A stretch of 63,027 nt of DNA, counting the filler, from an uncultured Thermoplasmatales archaeon (lineage in GTDB: Archaea > Thermoplasmatota > E2 > DHVEG-1): NCBI GenBank assembly GCA_964517155.1. It is 5 parts of 5 records of this genome, joined end to end, with 100 filler letters (N's around TTAATTAATTAA, not from the genome) between each part and the next. Parts side by side here need not be neighbours in the genome. Positions count along the whole stretch, not along the records: positions 41,534 to 50,573 come from CAZFAZ010000046.1; positions 50,674 to 59,916 come from CAZFAZ010000048.1; 3 more parts are not named here. One strand, given 5' to 3'. Shown here one piece after another: positions 47,597 through 56,792 of this stretch. The notes beneath the pieces are model-generated. The model saw only the letters and a list, made by a program, of their open reading frames with translations, did not search any database and was not told where the DNA came from. How positions within the stretch are numbered: position 1 is the stretch's first letter; each line of letters starts with the position of its first letter. A program made the position numbers and the translations under genes.

Positions 47597-48484
47597 ATGG
47601 AAAAAAAGTATATGGAAAGGCTGATTGGACGATATTGTAAAATCGTAACAAAAGAACCCGGCGAGAGAAGAGCAAGTGTCGTTACAGGCACCCTTGAAGA
47701 TGTAGACTACCAAGATGGTTTTGTTTTAGTAGACTCAGAACAAGGATTAGGGTGTCTAAGAATAAGCACAATAGTTGCTATAAAACCAGGCAGAAAACAT
47801 AAACTTGAAAGTGAAAAGAAAATTAAAGATAATGAAGAAGCTTTAGTAGGTATTGGTACCCTAATTATTTTCATTGCAACAATTCTAATTGCAGCAGTTG
47901 CAGCATCAGTGCTGATTAATACATCAGAAGAACTGCAATCAAGAGCAAAAACTGTAGGTACACAAACCATACAAGAAGTATCAGCAGGTATCGCGATAGA
48001 ATCAATCACAGGATATACAAATGAAGATAAAACATACATAGAATATTTAGCATTAACTGTCAGACCCCGAGCAGGAAGCAAAGATATAGATCTTAGCCTA
48101 TGTACACTAACTGTATTATACGATAACTTAAGTGTATTAAAGCTAGATTCAACATTAGTACAAGAAGTAAACATAGACAATGCAAGTTTATTTTATACCC
48201 CAATTGTATCCGGATCAAACTACACCATTATGGGAAACACAACAAGCACAACATTCGGAGTAATATCAATACATGACCCAGATGGCTCTATAACAAATAC
48301 AAATGGTATGAACTCAGGAGACAGATGTATTATAATAGTAAATCTAAGTGCAATAATATCTGGCGGCGGATTACCCCCTCGACAAGCAGTATCTGGAACA
48401 ATAACACCAGAAATAGGTATAAAATCACAGTATGATGTAACAGCACCAGCGGTATTTTCAAAAAGAATAGTTGCATTAAACTAA
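47597..48484 (+). CDS. flaB: Archaellin (FlaB/ArlB) with ~80-aa N-terminal extra domain
   Basis: VGIGTLIIFIATILIAAVAASVLINTS..LQSRA..VG, RPRAGSKDIDL, FGVISIHDPDGS, MNSGD, GLPPRQ; SD-like AAAGGTGGTGA before ATG. Confidence 0.9.
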   Translation: MEKKYMERLIGRYCKIVTKEPGERRASVVTGTLEDVDYQDGFVLVDSEQGLGCLRISTIVAIKPGRKHKLESEKKIKDNEEALVGIGTLIIFIATILIAAVAASVLINTSEELQSRAKTVGTQTIQEVSAGIAIESITGYTNEDKTYIEYLALTVRPRAGSKDIDLSLCTLTVLYDNLSVLKLDSTLVQEVNIDNASLFYTPIVSGSNYTIMGNTTSTTFGVISIHDPDGSITNTNGMNSGDRCIIIVNLSAIISGGGLPPRQAVSGTITPEIGIKSQYDVTAPAVFSKRIVALN

Positions 48485-48507
48485 ACAAAAAAATAAGAAA
48501 ACAATTA

Positions 48508-48546
48508 GGGGCAAAAAAAGCCCCATTAAATTTTTTTTGATTTTTT
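48508..48546. terminator. Probable terminator between convergent archaellin and PAS genes
   Basis: GGGGC-A7-GCCCC stem flanked by A-rich and T-rich tracts. Confidence 0.5.
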
Positions 48547-49793
48547 TAATCTTTTTTAACATCGCGTTTTTTAAAAACAAGAACCTCTGCTTTCTCCCCA
48601 TTAAAAAAAGTAGGTTTTGTATCAACTTCAACATTTATTTTAACATTACCAGACTGCAAAATTACTGTTTCAAAACCTGAAACATCGTCACCTTTAAGCC
48701 TGTTAAAATAATATTGCTCAATACCAGAAAAACCAGAGGGATCAATAAAATCAAAAATACTCTTATCAATTATCTCATTAGAATCATAACCAATTAAACC
48801 GACAAAAGAAGAATTTACCTTCTTAAGAACACCTCTTTGAATAATTACTGCACTATCCTCAAGCTCATCAATCATAAATTTATCAGATTCTTCCAAAGTA
48901 TCAACCTTTGCTCTTAATTCATGACCAACAGGAGGATCTGAACTAATTTTTTCCAATGCTTTTTCTTTATTTTCAACCCATTTAACCCTACTTTCTATGC
49001 TGCTTTCAAGCTCTTCTAATTTCTCACGCCAACGAATAAATTCATTCTTACGTTCATTAATCAATTGCTTCTCATTTTTAAGTCTAGTTTCAAGCCGGAT
49101 CAAACGTTTTTCACGTTCATCAAGCTCTTGCATTAAAGCATGCAATTCTTCACGATTTTTTAAACTACCAAAAACATCAGAGAAACGGTATAATCCTCTT
49201 TCAACTATCTCTTCGGCACCAATAGTTTGAGAAGATTTCTTAGATTTTAATTTTTCAAGCTTTTTTTCAAGTTTTTCATTTATTTTCTCAAGTTCTTTAT
49301 TCTTTTTTTCAAGCTCAAGTACTACTTTTTCAAACTCGTTAAAATAATCTTGCTCAGGCGGACTTAAAACCTCTGCCTGTTTATTAATCAAAGGCTTTTC
49401 AAAATCATGTCCATATGAAACAATTTGGCCTACAAGACCGATATCTTCTACCTTACCACCATAATTACTCACAGGAAAGCTACTCCATGAAACCATAATC
49501 TCCTGACCATTACTTGTCAAAACAGGAAGGCTAAAATCATCGATAAGTTTGTTTTCACGAACAGCACCAATAATCTTTTTCCATTGTGCCATACATCCTG
49601 AAGGAATTAAAAAACCAAAAAAATCTTTATCAAGAACATTATCTTTTTCATATCCCAAAATTTTTTCACATTCATCATTAAATTTTATAATTTTAAAATT
49701 TTGATCAATTGCCAAAATTAAATCTTTATCAAAAGAATCTTTACTGCGCTTCTTGATATAATCCTCTTTTTCCGTTGACATTTCTATCTCCAA
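48546..49793 (-). CDS. PAS - coiled coil - PAS protein with no output domain
   Basis: N-terminal PAS (LILAIDQNFKIIKFNDECEKILGY), central heptad region, C-terminal PAS (AVIIQRGVLKKVNSSFVGLIGY...IIDKSIFDFIDP). Confidence 0.82.
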   Translation of the reverse strand: MEIEMSTEKEDYIKKRSKDSFDKDLILAIDQNFKIIKFNDECEKILGYEKDNVLDKDFFGFLIPSGCMAQWKKIIGAVRENKLIDDFSLPVLTSNGQEIMVSWSSFPVSNYGGKVEDIGLVGQIVSYGHDFEKPLINKQAEVLSPPEQDYFNEFEKVVLELEKKNKELEKINEKLEKKLEKLKSKKSSQTIGAEEIVERGLYRFSDVFGSLKNREELHALMQELDEREKRLIRLETRLKNEKQLINERKNEFIRWREKLEELESSIESRVKWVENKEKALEKISSDPPVGHELRAKVDTLEESDKFMIDELEDSAVIIQRGVLKKVNSSFVGLIGYDSNEIIDKSIFDFIDPSGFSGIEQYYFNRLKGDDVSGFETVILQSGNVKINVEVDTKPTFFNGEKAEVLVFKKRDVKKD

Positions 49794-50047
49794 ACAAAAA
49801 CAACCAAGTCAATTTATTCTTTCAATAACCCCACTTAACTATTCTTTAACTATTTTTAATACTTTTTGTTTTACAAAAAAATATTTTTTGACAATAATTA
49901 CCAAGAGTATAAATAACATAAAATAGATTCAAAATAGTATTAAACATAAATTTATCTTAAAATAAAACTATAAATACAAGATTATAGTTATATAGCATAT
50001 TAGCTATAACTTACTAGGTGCAGGAGGGGTGTAAAATAAAGTTAAAG

Positions 50048-50573
50048 ATGGGAAAAGAAGGTGAAGAGTCAGCAGAGCAACCAGAAGGTGAAGCCAAAGA
50101 GCAGCCAAAAGAAGAAATAGTTGCACCAGAAAATAACGAAGAGCCTGAAAAGAAAAAAGAAGACGTTGATAAACTCAGAAAAGTAATAAAAATTGATGAT
50201 AAAAAACCAGAAAAAAAAGAAGAAAAACCTTCACAAGATGCTGAGTTAGAACCTACTTCAAGAGAAGGACTTGAACAAAAAAGGGCGATTTTACAAAGTA
50301 TAAAAGATTTTGATTTTCAAATAAAGAAAAATCAGGAAGAAATAACTGCTTTAAATAATAAATTAGATGGAGTGTCAAAAGACCTTGATGACCTTGTAAG
50401 TCTTTATGAAATAGTATCTGAACAGATGAATCCTTTTGTTGGTCTTTCAAAAGTTACTAAGAAAAGACTTGATGCACTTGAAAATTTTACAAAAGAAATA
50501 GAAGATTTAAAAGATAGACTTGGGGATATAGAATCATTTGCTGTAAGGGCTGGTGCAGATTTAAATACTATGC
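50048..50573 (+). CDS. Archaellum accessory ArlC/D/E (FlaC-like) protein, 3'-truncated
   Basis: Charged low-complexity N-terminus, then coiled coil ending LDDLVSLYEIVSEQMNPF, which resembles the FlaC LYE.VS...NPF motif. Confidence 0.7.
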
Positions 50574-50673
50574 NNNNNNNNNNNNNNNNNNNNNNNNNNN
50601 NNNNNNNNNNNNNNNNNTTAATTAATTAANNNNNNNNNNNNNNNNNNNNNNNNNNNNNNNNNNNNNNNNNNNN
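50574..50673. other. Artificial contig linker
   Basis: N run - TTAATTAATTAA - N run. Confidence 0.98.
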
Positions 50674-51209
50674 ACAACAACTTTTCTAAGTGCTCTATCA
50701 CTTATATCCATTACACGAGGCCATACAATATACCGGGGGTCGATATGAAATTCGTCTCCATAATGAATATGATTATCAAGAAGACTTGCAAGTAAGTTAT
50801 GTGCACTAGTAATAGCATGCATGTCCCCTGTGAAATGAAGGTTTATATCTTCCATTGGAACTACTTGTGAATAGCCACCGCCTGCGGCACCTCCTTTCAT
50901 ACCCATAGTGGGGCCAAGACTTGGCTCACGTATGCAAAGCATTGTTTTTTTGTTAAGTTTTGAAAGTGCTTGGGCAAGACCAATGGTCATAGTGGTTTTT
51001 CCTTCACCCTCTGGAGTAGGATTAATAGTTGTTACAAGAATTAGTTTACCATTTTTGTTGTTTTTAATGCGGTCGAAAATTCTAGGGTGAACCTTTGCTT
51101 TAAACCCGCCCCATGGAATTACTTCATCTTCATTAATTCCTATTTTTTTGGCAACACAATAAATATCTTCAAGTTTTGCCTCGCGAGCGATTTCAATGTC
51201 AGTTTTCAT
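50674..51209 (-). CDS. fhs: Formate--tetrahydrofolate ligase, N-terminal part (truncated)
   Basis: [43 protein letters not shown]. Confidence 0.97.
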
Positions 51210-51549
51210 AATTAAAAATGTAAAGAAAAGAGGAAGTACTTAAAAGATTTGTAAAAAACTTGCTAATTATAATTGTTTGATATTATAAATACTATATTTT
51301 TGTTAGAATTAATACTTTTAATTACCTGTTATTGAATTTTATAAGATACGGAAAAGATGTAATCTAGATTTTAATAAAAAGAAAGGAGGTAAAAAAAGTT
51401 ATTGAATGAGAAAAAAAATTAAGAGGATCTGTTAATTATAGAAATAAAAAGGGATTTTTGAAAGATATGAACGAGAAACAAAAGAAAAAGAGATATAAGT
51501 AGAAAACCTTATATAAGTATAATTACATATATTACTTAAGGGTAATAAT

Positions 51550-51777
51550 ATGACAAATATGACTCTTGGAATACCTGAAGAATTGCATAAGATAATAAAA
51601 AAACATAAAGAAATCAAATGGACTGAAATTGCAAGACAAGCCATGTGGGAGCAAGCTCGTAAACTCGAAATCATGGATAATCTTCTTTCAAAAAGCGAAT
51701 TAACAGAAAAAGACGCAATAGAAATTGGAAGAAAGATTAAACATGAAATTGCAAAGAGACATGGTCTTGTTAAATGA
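51550..51777 (+). CDS. Ribbon-helix-helix antitoxin (VapB-like)
   Basis: [14 protein letters not shown]...[11 protein letters not shown]; 4-bp overlap with the PIN gene. Confidence 0.8.
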   Translation: MTNMTLGIPEELHKIIKKHKEIKWTEIARQAMWEQARKLEIMDNLLSKSELTEKDAIEIGRKIKHEIAKRHGLVK

Positions 51778-52187
51778 AGTTAGTAGTTGACACAAATATA
51801 ATAATAGCCGCTCTAATAAGTGATGGAATTAATAGGAAAATTCTATTTTCACCATTTATTCAGTTTTACACAACAGACTATTCATTAGAAGAAATTAAAA
51901 AACATAAAAATTTAATTTGTGAAAAGGCAAAATTAAACAATTATGATTTTCAAATAGTGTTAAATATCATATTTGAAAAAATTCAGATTATTCCAAAAGA
52001 ACAATATCAAGATAAACTAAAGCAAGCTCAAACAAAGATAGAAGATGTAAATGATGTATCGTTTGTTGCACTTAGTCTTGCATTAAAAACTGATGGGATA
52101 TGGACTAATGATAAGCATTTTAAAACTAGGAGAGATCTTTTAATTTTTCGAACAAAGGAGCTTGCTTTAATATTTAAATCAATGTAA
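51774..52187 (+). CDS. PIN-domain ribonuclease toxin (VapC-like)
   Basis: [25 protein letters not shown]. Confidence 0.9.
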   Translation: MKLVVDTNIIIAALISDGINRKILFSPFIQFYTTDYSLEEIKKHKNLICEKAKLNNYDFQIVLNIIFEKIQIIPKEQYQDKLKQAQTKIEDVNDVSFVALSLALKTDGIWTNDKHFKTRRDLLIFRTKELALIFKSM

Positions 52188-52260
52188 CAAAATTCTATAT
52201 CCCTCAAATTAGCTTATTAACTAATTAAGCCAATATGTCAATAAGATATGTAAGATATGA

Positions 52261-53925
52261 TTAATACATTTTATTGTTTACAATGTTTAAAATTTCGTCT
52301 GTTTTATTTCTTGTTTTTTCCTCTAATGAATCTAATTCAGATGAAAGTTTTTTTATAAATTCTTCATCTTTTATTGACCCAAGATTAATTTTTACATTAA
52401 GAATCGCACCTATTACTCCTGCTTGAGCCATAAGTGCTGATACCGCTGCATCAGTAATAGAGTTTGTATTTCCCTTTTCTGCTACAACTTTTGCAACATC
52501 AAGTATTTCTGCGCAGGTGTGAGCCGTTTTGAGCGGTACCTGTGCTGCTGTTTTGTATCCGTGCTGAATTGCTTCACTTCGTTTCTTTTTTTGTTCATCT
52601 GTTTCTTTTGGCATTTTGAATGCTTTTATCACATCGTTGAAAGCATTTGTGTCTTCGTCGATTAATTCTTCAAGATTTTTTCTAATTTTTTCACTTTGTT
52701 TTAAAACTTTTTTTATTTCATCTTTAAAATCTTCATATTTTTCTTTACCAACTGTTAGATTACAAACCATTGAAGTAAGTGCTGCGCCAAGTGCTCCTGA
52801 TAATGCTGCTACACTTCCGCCACCTGGTGCCGGACTACTTGATGCCAGCTCTGATAAAAAACTATTTATTTTCATTGATGCAAGTGGCCCTGTTTCTTTT
52901 ATCATATATTCGATTACTTTTTCCTCGACTTTGAATGGATAAAGTTCTGAAAGACCTAGTTTTTCAACTGCAAGATTTATCAATTCTTCTTCATCAGATA
53001 TTTTTAAACCTTCTTTTTTTTCGTAAAATTTTCCTGCAAGTATGAGTGATTCAGCAGGTACAAGCCCTACTATTTCGCTACCTGTTGCTTTTGCACCAAG
53101 TTTATTTGCTTCTTCTTTTACTGCTTCAAAAACATCATGCAGGTTTACTTCTTTGTAATTGAGCAAGTTCATTGATACTTGTGCAGTGTTTTCATCATAC
53201 ATCATGCCGCCTGCTTGCAATCCTTTAAATCTGCCAGGTATGCGCTCTGCTTTTCCATCAGGCCCTATTATTTTATTTCCGTTTTTGTCTTTTTTAAGAG
53301 TACCACTCGTTCTTATTTTCCCTGCTATTTCTGAAGCAATTTCTTTATCATTTGTGTTAAGGTTTATGTTATAAGCAAGTAAAATATCTCTACATCCTGT
53401 GGCTGTTGCACCACTTTTTGGAACAAAAATGGGTTTTCCATAGTCCGGTTTAAAGCAAGAGTCTTTGAATTTTTCTTCAAGTGCTTCATATTCTCCTTTT
53501 CTGATATCTGGAAGTTTTATTCTATCAGGCTTGCTTGCAGATTTTGCGTATAAAAAAACAGGTATTCCTAGTTCTTCTGCAATTTTTTTACCAAATTTTT
53601 TAGAAAGCTCTATGCAATCTTTATCAGCGACACCTTTAATTGCAATAAAAGGACAAACATCAAGTGCACCCATGCGGGCATGTTCACCTTTGTGTTTTGT
53701 CATATCGATAAGTGCTGTTCCTATTTTTGCCCCTTGAAATGCTGCTTGTAGAACTGGTTCGGGTTCACCTACAAAAGTATAGACTGTACGGTTAAAATCT
53801 TCACCAGGGTCAACATTTAGTAGTTTTACCCCTGAAACTGATTCAATTGCTGCTGAAATCGCATTTATTACTGCTTTATCTTTTCCTTCGCTGAAATTTG
53901 GAACACATTCAACAATTTTTTGCAT
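52261..53925 (-). CDS. ftcD: Bifunctional glutamate formimidoyltransferase / formiminoTHF cyclodeaminase
   Basis: ECVPNFSEG, HKGEHARMGALDVCPF, QVSMNL, SEIVGL; C-terminal PAPGGGSVAA...NVKINL. Confidence 0.95.
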   Translation of the reverse strand: MQKIVECVPNFSEGKDKAVINAISAAIESVSGVKLLNVDPGEDFNRTVYTFVGEPEPVLQAAFQGAKIGTALIDMTKHKGEHARMGALDVCPFIAIKGVADKDCIELSKKFGKKIAEELGIPVFLYAKSASKPDRIKLPDIRKGEYEALEEKFKDSCFKPDYGKPIFVPKSGATATGCRDILLAYNINLNTNDKEIASEIAGKIRTSGTLKKDKNGNKIIGPDGKAERIPGRFKGLQAGGMMYDENTAQVSMNLLNYKEVNLHDVFEAVKEEANKLGAKATGSEIVGLVPAESLILAGKFYEKKEGLKISDEEELINLAVEKLGLSELYPFKVEEKVIEYMIKETGPLASMKINSFLSELASSSPAPGGGSVAALSGALGAALTSMVCNLTVGKEKYEDFKDEIKKVLKQSEKIRKNLEELIDEDTNAFNDVIKAFKMPKETDEQKKKRSEAIQHGYKTAAQVPLKTAHTCAEILDVAKVVAEKGNTNSITDAAVSALMAQAGVIGAILNVKINLGSIKDEEFIKKLSSELDSLEEKTRNKTDEILNIVNNKMY

Positions 53926-53983
53926 TGCCTCGCACCGTAAACCCTTAATCTAGGTTATTCTTTTAACTGTTTGGGAAAACCAC

Positions 53984-55204
53984 ATGGAAAAAGTAGATAT
54001 TTTAATCAAAAATGCCAATGAATTACTTACTCTTAAAGGCTCAAATTCTCCTAGAAAAAAGAAAGAAATGAGCGATATCGGAATTATTAAAGGTGGTTCT
54101 GTCGCAGTTAAAGATGGTGTTGTTGTCGATGTTGGAAAAAATCTTTCGTATAAAGCTGAAGCCGTAATTGATGCAAAAGGAAAAACTGTGATGCCTGGTT
54201 TTGTAGATCCTCATACACATTTGGTTTTTTTAGGAAGTCGTGAGTTTGAGCTTGACTGGAAATTAAAAGGTTTATCATATATTGATATTAAAAAGAAAGG
54301 TGGAGGGATTTTTTATACTGTTGAAAAAACCAGGAAAGCATCTGCTGCTAAACTTTTTGATGAAGCACGAAGTAGATTAGATAGAATGCTTTTGTATGGT
54401 ACAACTACTTGTGAAGCAAAAAGCGGTTATGGTCTTAACACAGAAACCGAACTTAAGATGCTTAAGGTGCAAAAGAAACTTAATGATACTCATGCTGTAG
54501 ATATTGTTTCAACTTTCCTTGGTGCACATGCAATTCCAAAAGAGTATTCTGCATCAGATTATGTAAAAATTTTAATTGATGAAATGCTTCCAAAAGTGTC
54601 AAAATATGCAGAGTTTTGTGATGTTTTTTGTGAAAAAGGATTTTTTACTTATGTTCAATCTAAAAAAATCCTTCAGGAAGCAAAAAAATATGGACTTATT
54701 CCTAAAATTCATGCAGATGAAATAGTAGATACTTGTGGTGCTTCTCTTGCATCAGAATTAGGTGCAATTAGTGCTGAGCATCTTTTGATGACTTCTGATA
54801 AAGGAATAAAAGATATGGCAAAAAACGGTGTGATTGGTGTACTTCTTCCTGGAACACCATTTTGCCTGATGATGAAAGATTATGCACCTGCAAGAAAGAT
54901 GATTGATTCAGGTGTTGCAATAGCTCTTGCAACTGATCTAAATCCTAATTGTTATGTTGAAAATATGCAGTTTATAATTCAGCTTGCTTGTTTTAATATG
55001 AAAATGACGCCTGCTGAAGCAATAACTGCTTCTACTTTTAATGCAGCATGTGCAATTGGCAGACAAGATAGTGTCGGCTCTATTGAAAAAGGCAAACAAG
55101 CCGACATAATAATTTTAGATGTGCCAAATCATTTGTTTATTCCTTATCATTTTGGTGTTAATCATGTCGAAAAAGTAATTAAAAAAGGCTGTGCATTAAT
55201 TTAG
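53984..55204 (+). CDS. hutI: Imidazolonepropionase
   Basis: PGFVDPHTH, GGGI, EAKSGYGL, TFLGAH, DVFCE, KIHADE, SAEHL, ATDLNP. Confidence 0.96.
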   Translation: MEKVDILIKNANELLTLKGSNSPRKKKEMSDIGIIKGGSVAVKDGVVVDVGKNLSYKAEAVIDAKGKTVMPGFVDPHTHLVFLGSREFELDWKLKGLSYIDIKKKGGGIFYTVEKTRKASAAKLFDEARSRLDRMLLYGTTTCEAKSGYGLNTETELKMLKVQKKLNDTHAVDIVSTFLGAHAIPKEYSASDYVKILIDEMLPKVSKYAEFCDVFCEKGFFTYVQSKKILQEAKKYGLIPKIHADEIVDTCGASLASELGAISAEHLLMTSDKGIKDMAKNGVIGVLLPGTPFCLMMKDYAPARKMIDSGVAIALATDLNPNCYVENMQFIIQLACFNMKMTPAEAITASTFNAACAIGRQDSVGSIEKGKQADIIILDVPNHLFIPYHFGVNHVEKVIKKGCALI

Positions 55205-55283
55205 AATATATCCGGGTCATAAAATAATTTTAAGAAGAATTTAACAAATTATAAATAGTGTCTTTTTTTATAGACTGATTGAG

Positions 55284-55442
55284 ATGAGGTATAAAAAACA
55301 AATTGAAATGTTTAAAAGAAACTTGAGATTAATTGATGTTTTTTGTATGACCTCTGCTTTTATGTTAAGTATCATGCGTTTTTATGTAAATAAAATAAAT
55401 GCAGAATTTTTGCAGGTTATGAGGCGTACTTACTATGATTAA
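55284..55442 (+). pseudogene. Short ORF resembling the N-terminus of the nearby APC permease (duplication remnant)
   Basis: MRYKKQIEMFKRNLRLIDVFCMTSAFMLS... compared with permease TLRRDLSLFDVFCIASGAMISS; both share the DNA TTGATGTTTTTTGTAT. Confidence 0.55.
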
Positions 55443-56694
55443 CATTATCTTAATGATGCTTTTGATACTTGTTATATCGCGGCTTTTTGGTGAGTTATTT
55501 GAACGAAGGCGCTTGCCTGTTATAGTAGGGGAGATAATAGCAGGGATACTCATTGGCCCTGCTGTGTTAGGGCTGGTCAAACCTGGACCTGAATTTGGCG
55601 TGATTATAGATTTAGCTCTTTTTTTTATTATCTTTACTACAGGGCTAGAGTTTTCTTTGAGTCATGTAAAAAAGGACATACATCGAAGTATATGTATTTC
55701 GTTTGTGGGAAATGGCGTTGCCTTCTTGGCAGGTATGTTCATAGCTATTGCTCTTGGTTTTGAGTTGATAGAAGCATTGTTTATCAGTTGTGTTTTCTCA
55801 CTTACTGCACTACCTGTTGCTTTAAGGGTTCTTATGGACATTGGAGTACATAAAACTCGGTTTGGGCATCTTGTTATCTCTTCATCTATTCTTGATGATC
55901 TGTTCAGTATAATCTTATTATCTCTAATCATACCATTATCTCTTGCTGAGACTTATAACATTGAGATCATATTCAGCTTAATATTGAAGATGACGTTCTT
56001 TCTTTTAATTATTTATATTCTCAACCGTTTCTTTAAATGGCGTCATGAATTACCAACGCATTACATTAAGCATTATATCCGTAAACTTCATAGTCGTGAG
56101 GGTGAATTTACTATCATCCTTTTGATAGGATTGGGTCTGGCATTTCTTGGTGAACTAATGGGTGTTACTTATATCATTGGTGCTTTTTATGCTGGTGCTA
56201 TAATAAGTGAAAGAGTGGTTGGTGAATGGGTCTTCAAGAAGACAAATTCTGTTTTAAATACTATCAGCTTTGGCTTTTTTGGTCCTTTATTCTTTGCTTA
56301 TATTGGTATGAATTTCATAGAACGAAACTTTTGGTTCGAATCTGGTTTCAGCAAGAGTTCATTATTTTTACTCATAGCCGGTGTATTCATTTTATTTGCG
56401 TTTATCGGGAAGGCTGGTGGAGTTTATTTAGGCGCCCGTTTATCAAAGGTCAAGAAAAAAACTGCTGCTACAATTGGCATGGCTATGAATGCTAGAGGAT
56501 TGATGGGGCTTGTTATTGCAGGTTATGGATACGAGATGGACATTATCAGTGAGAAAACCCTTTCTCTGTTGATTATTATGAGTATAGTAACAACACTTAT
56601 GACGCCTTTAATTCTTAAACGAATTCTTAAAAAAGATTCGACTATCCAAAATCTTCAGGAAGAACCTGATTTATTGCAAGATGAAGATTATTAA
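55435..56694 (+). CDS. Cation:proton antiporter (CPA2/KefB-NapA-like), no RCK domain
   Basis: GEIIAGILIGP, FTTGLE, SLTALPV, ILDD, IIGAFYAG, FFAYIG, MNARG. Confidence 0.9.
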   Translation: MINIILMMLLILVISRLFGELFERRRLPVIVGEIIAGILIGPAVLGLVKPGPEFGVIIDLALFFIIFTTGLEFSLSHVKKDIHRSICISFVGNGVAFLAGMFIAIALGFELIEALFISCVFSLTALPVALRVLMDIGVHKTRFGHLVISSSILDDLFSIILLSLIIPLSLAETYNIEIIFSLILKMTFFLLIIYILNRFFKWRHELPTHYIKHYIRKLHSREGEFTIILLIGLGLAFLGELMGVTYIIGAFYAGAIISERVVGEWVFKKTNSVLNTISFGFFGPLFFAYIGMNFIERNFWFESGFSKSSLFLLIAGVFILFAFIGKAGGVYLGARLSKVKKKTAATIGMAMNARGLMGLVIAGYGYEMDIISEKTLSLLIIMSIVTTLMTPLILKRILKKDSTIQNLQEEPDLLQDEDY

Positions 56695-56722
56695 TATTAG
56701 AAATCCTTGTTATGCAATAGAA

Positions 56723-56736
56723 AGGACATATGTCCT
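56723..56736. promoter_or_regulatory. 14-bp palindrome upstream of the APC permease
   Basis: AGGACATATGTCCT, shortly upstream of a TTATATA TATA-like element at ~56764. Confidence 0.35.
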
Positions 56737-56792
56737 GTCCTAACACAATATTTTAGCAATAGTTATATACAAAAGTCGTATATTATAACCAA

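Noticed and set aside
51380..51440. Strong SD-like AAAGGAGGT upstream of the VapBC pair
   Set aside because: Followed only by a poorly spaced 9-codon ORF; no support for a gene
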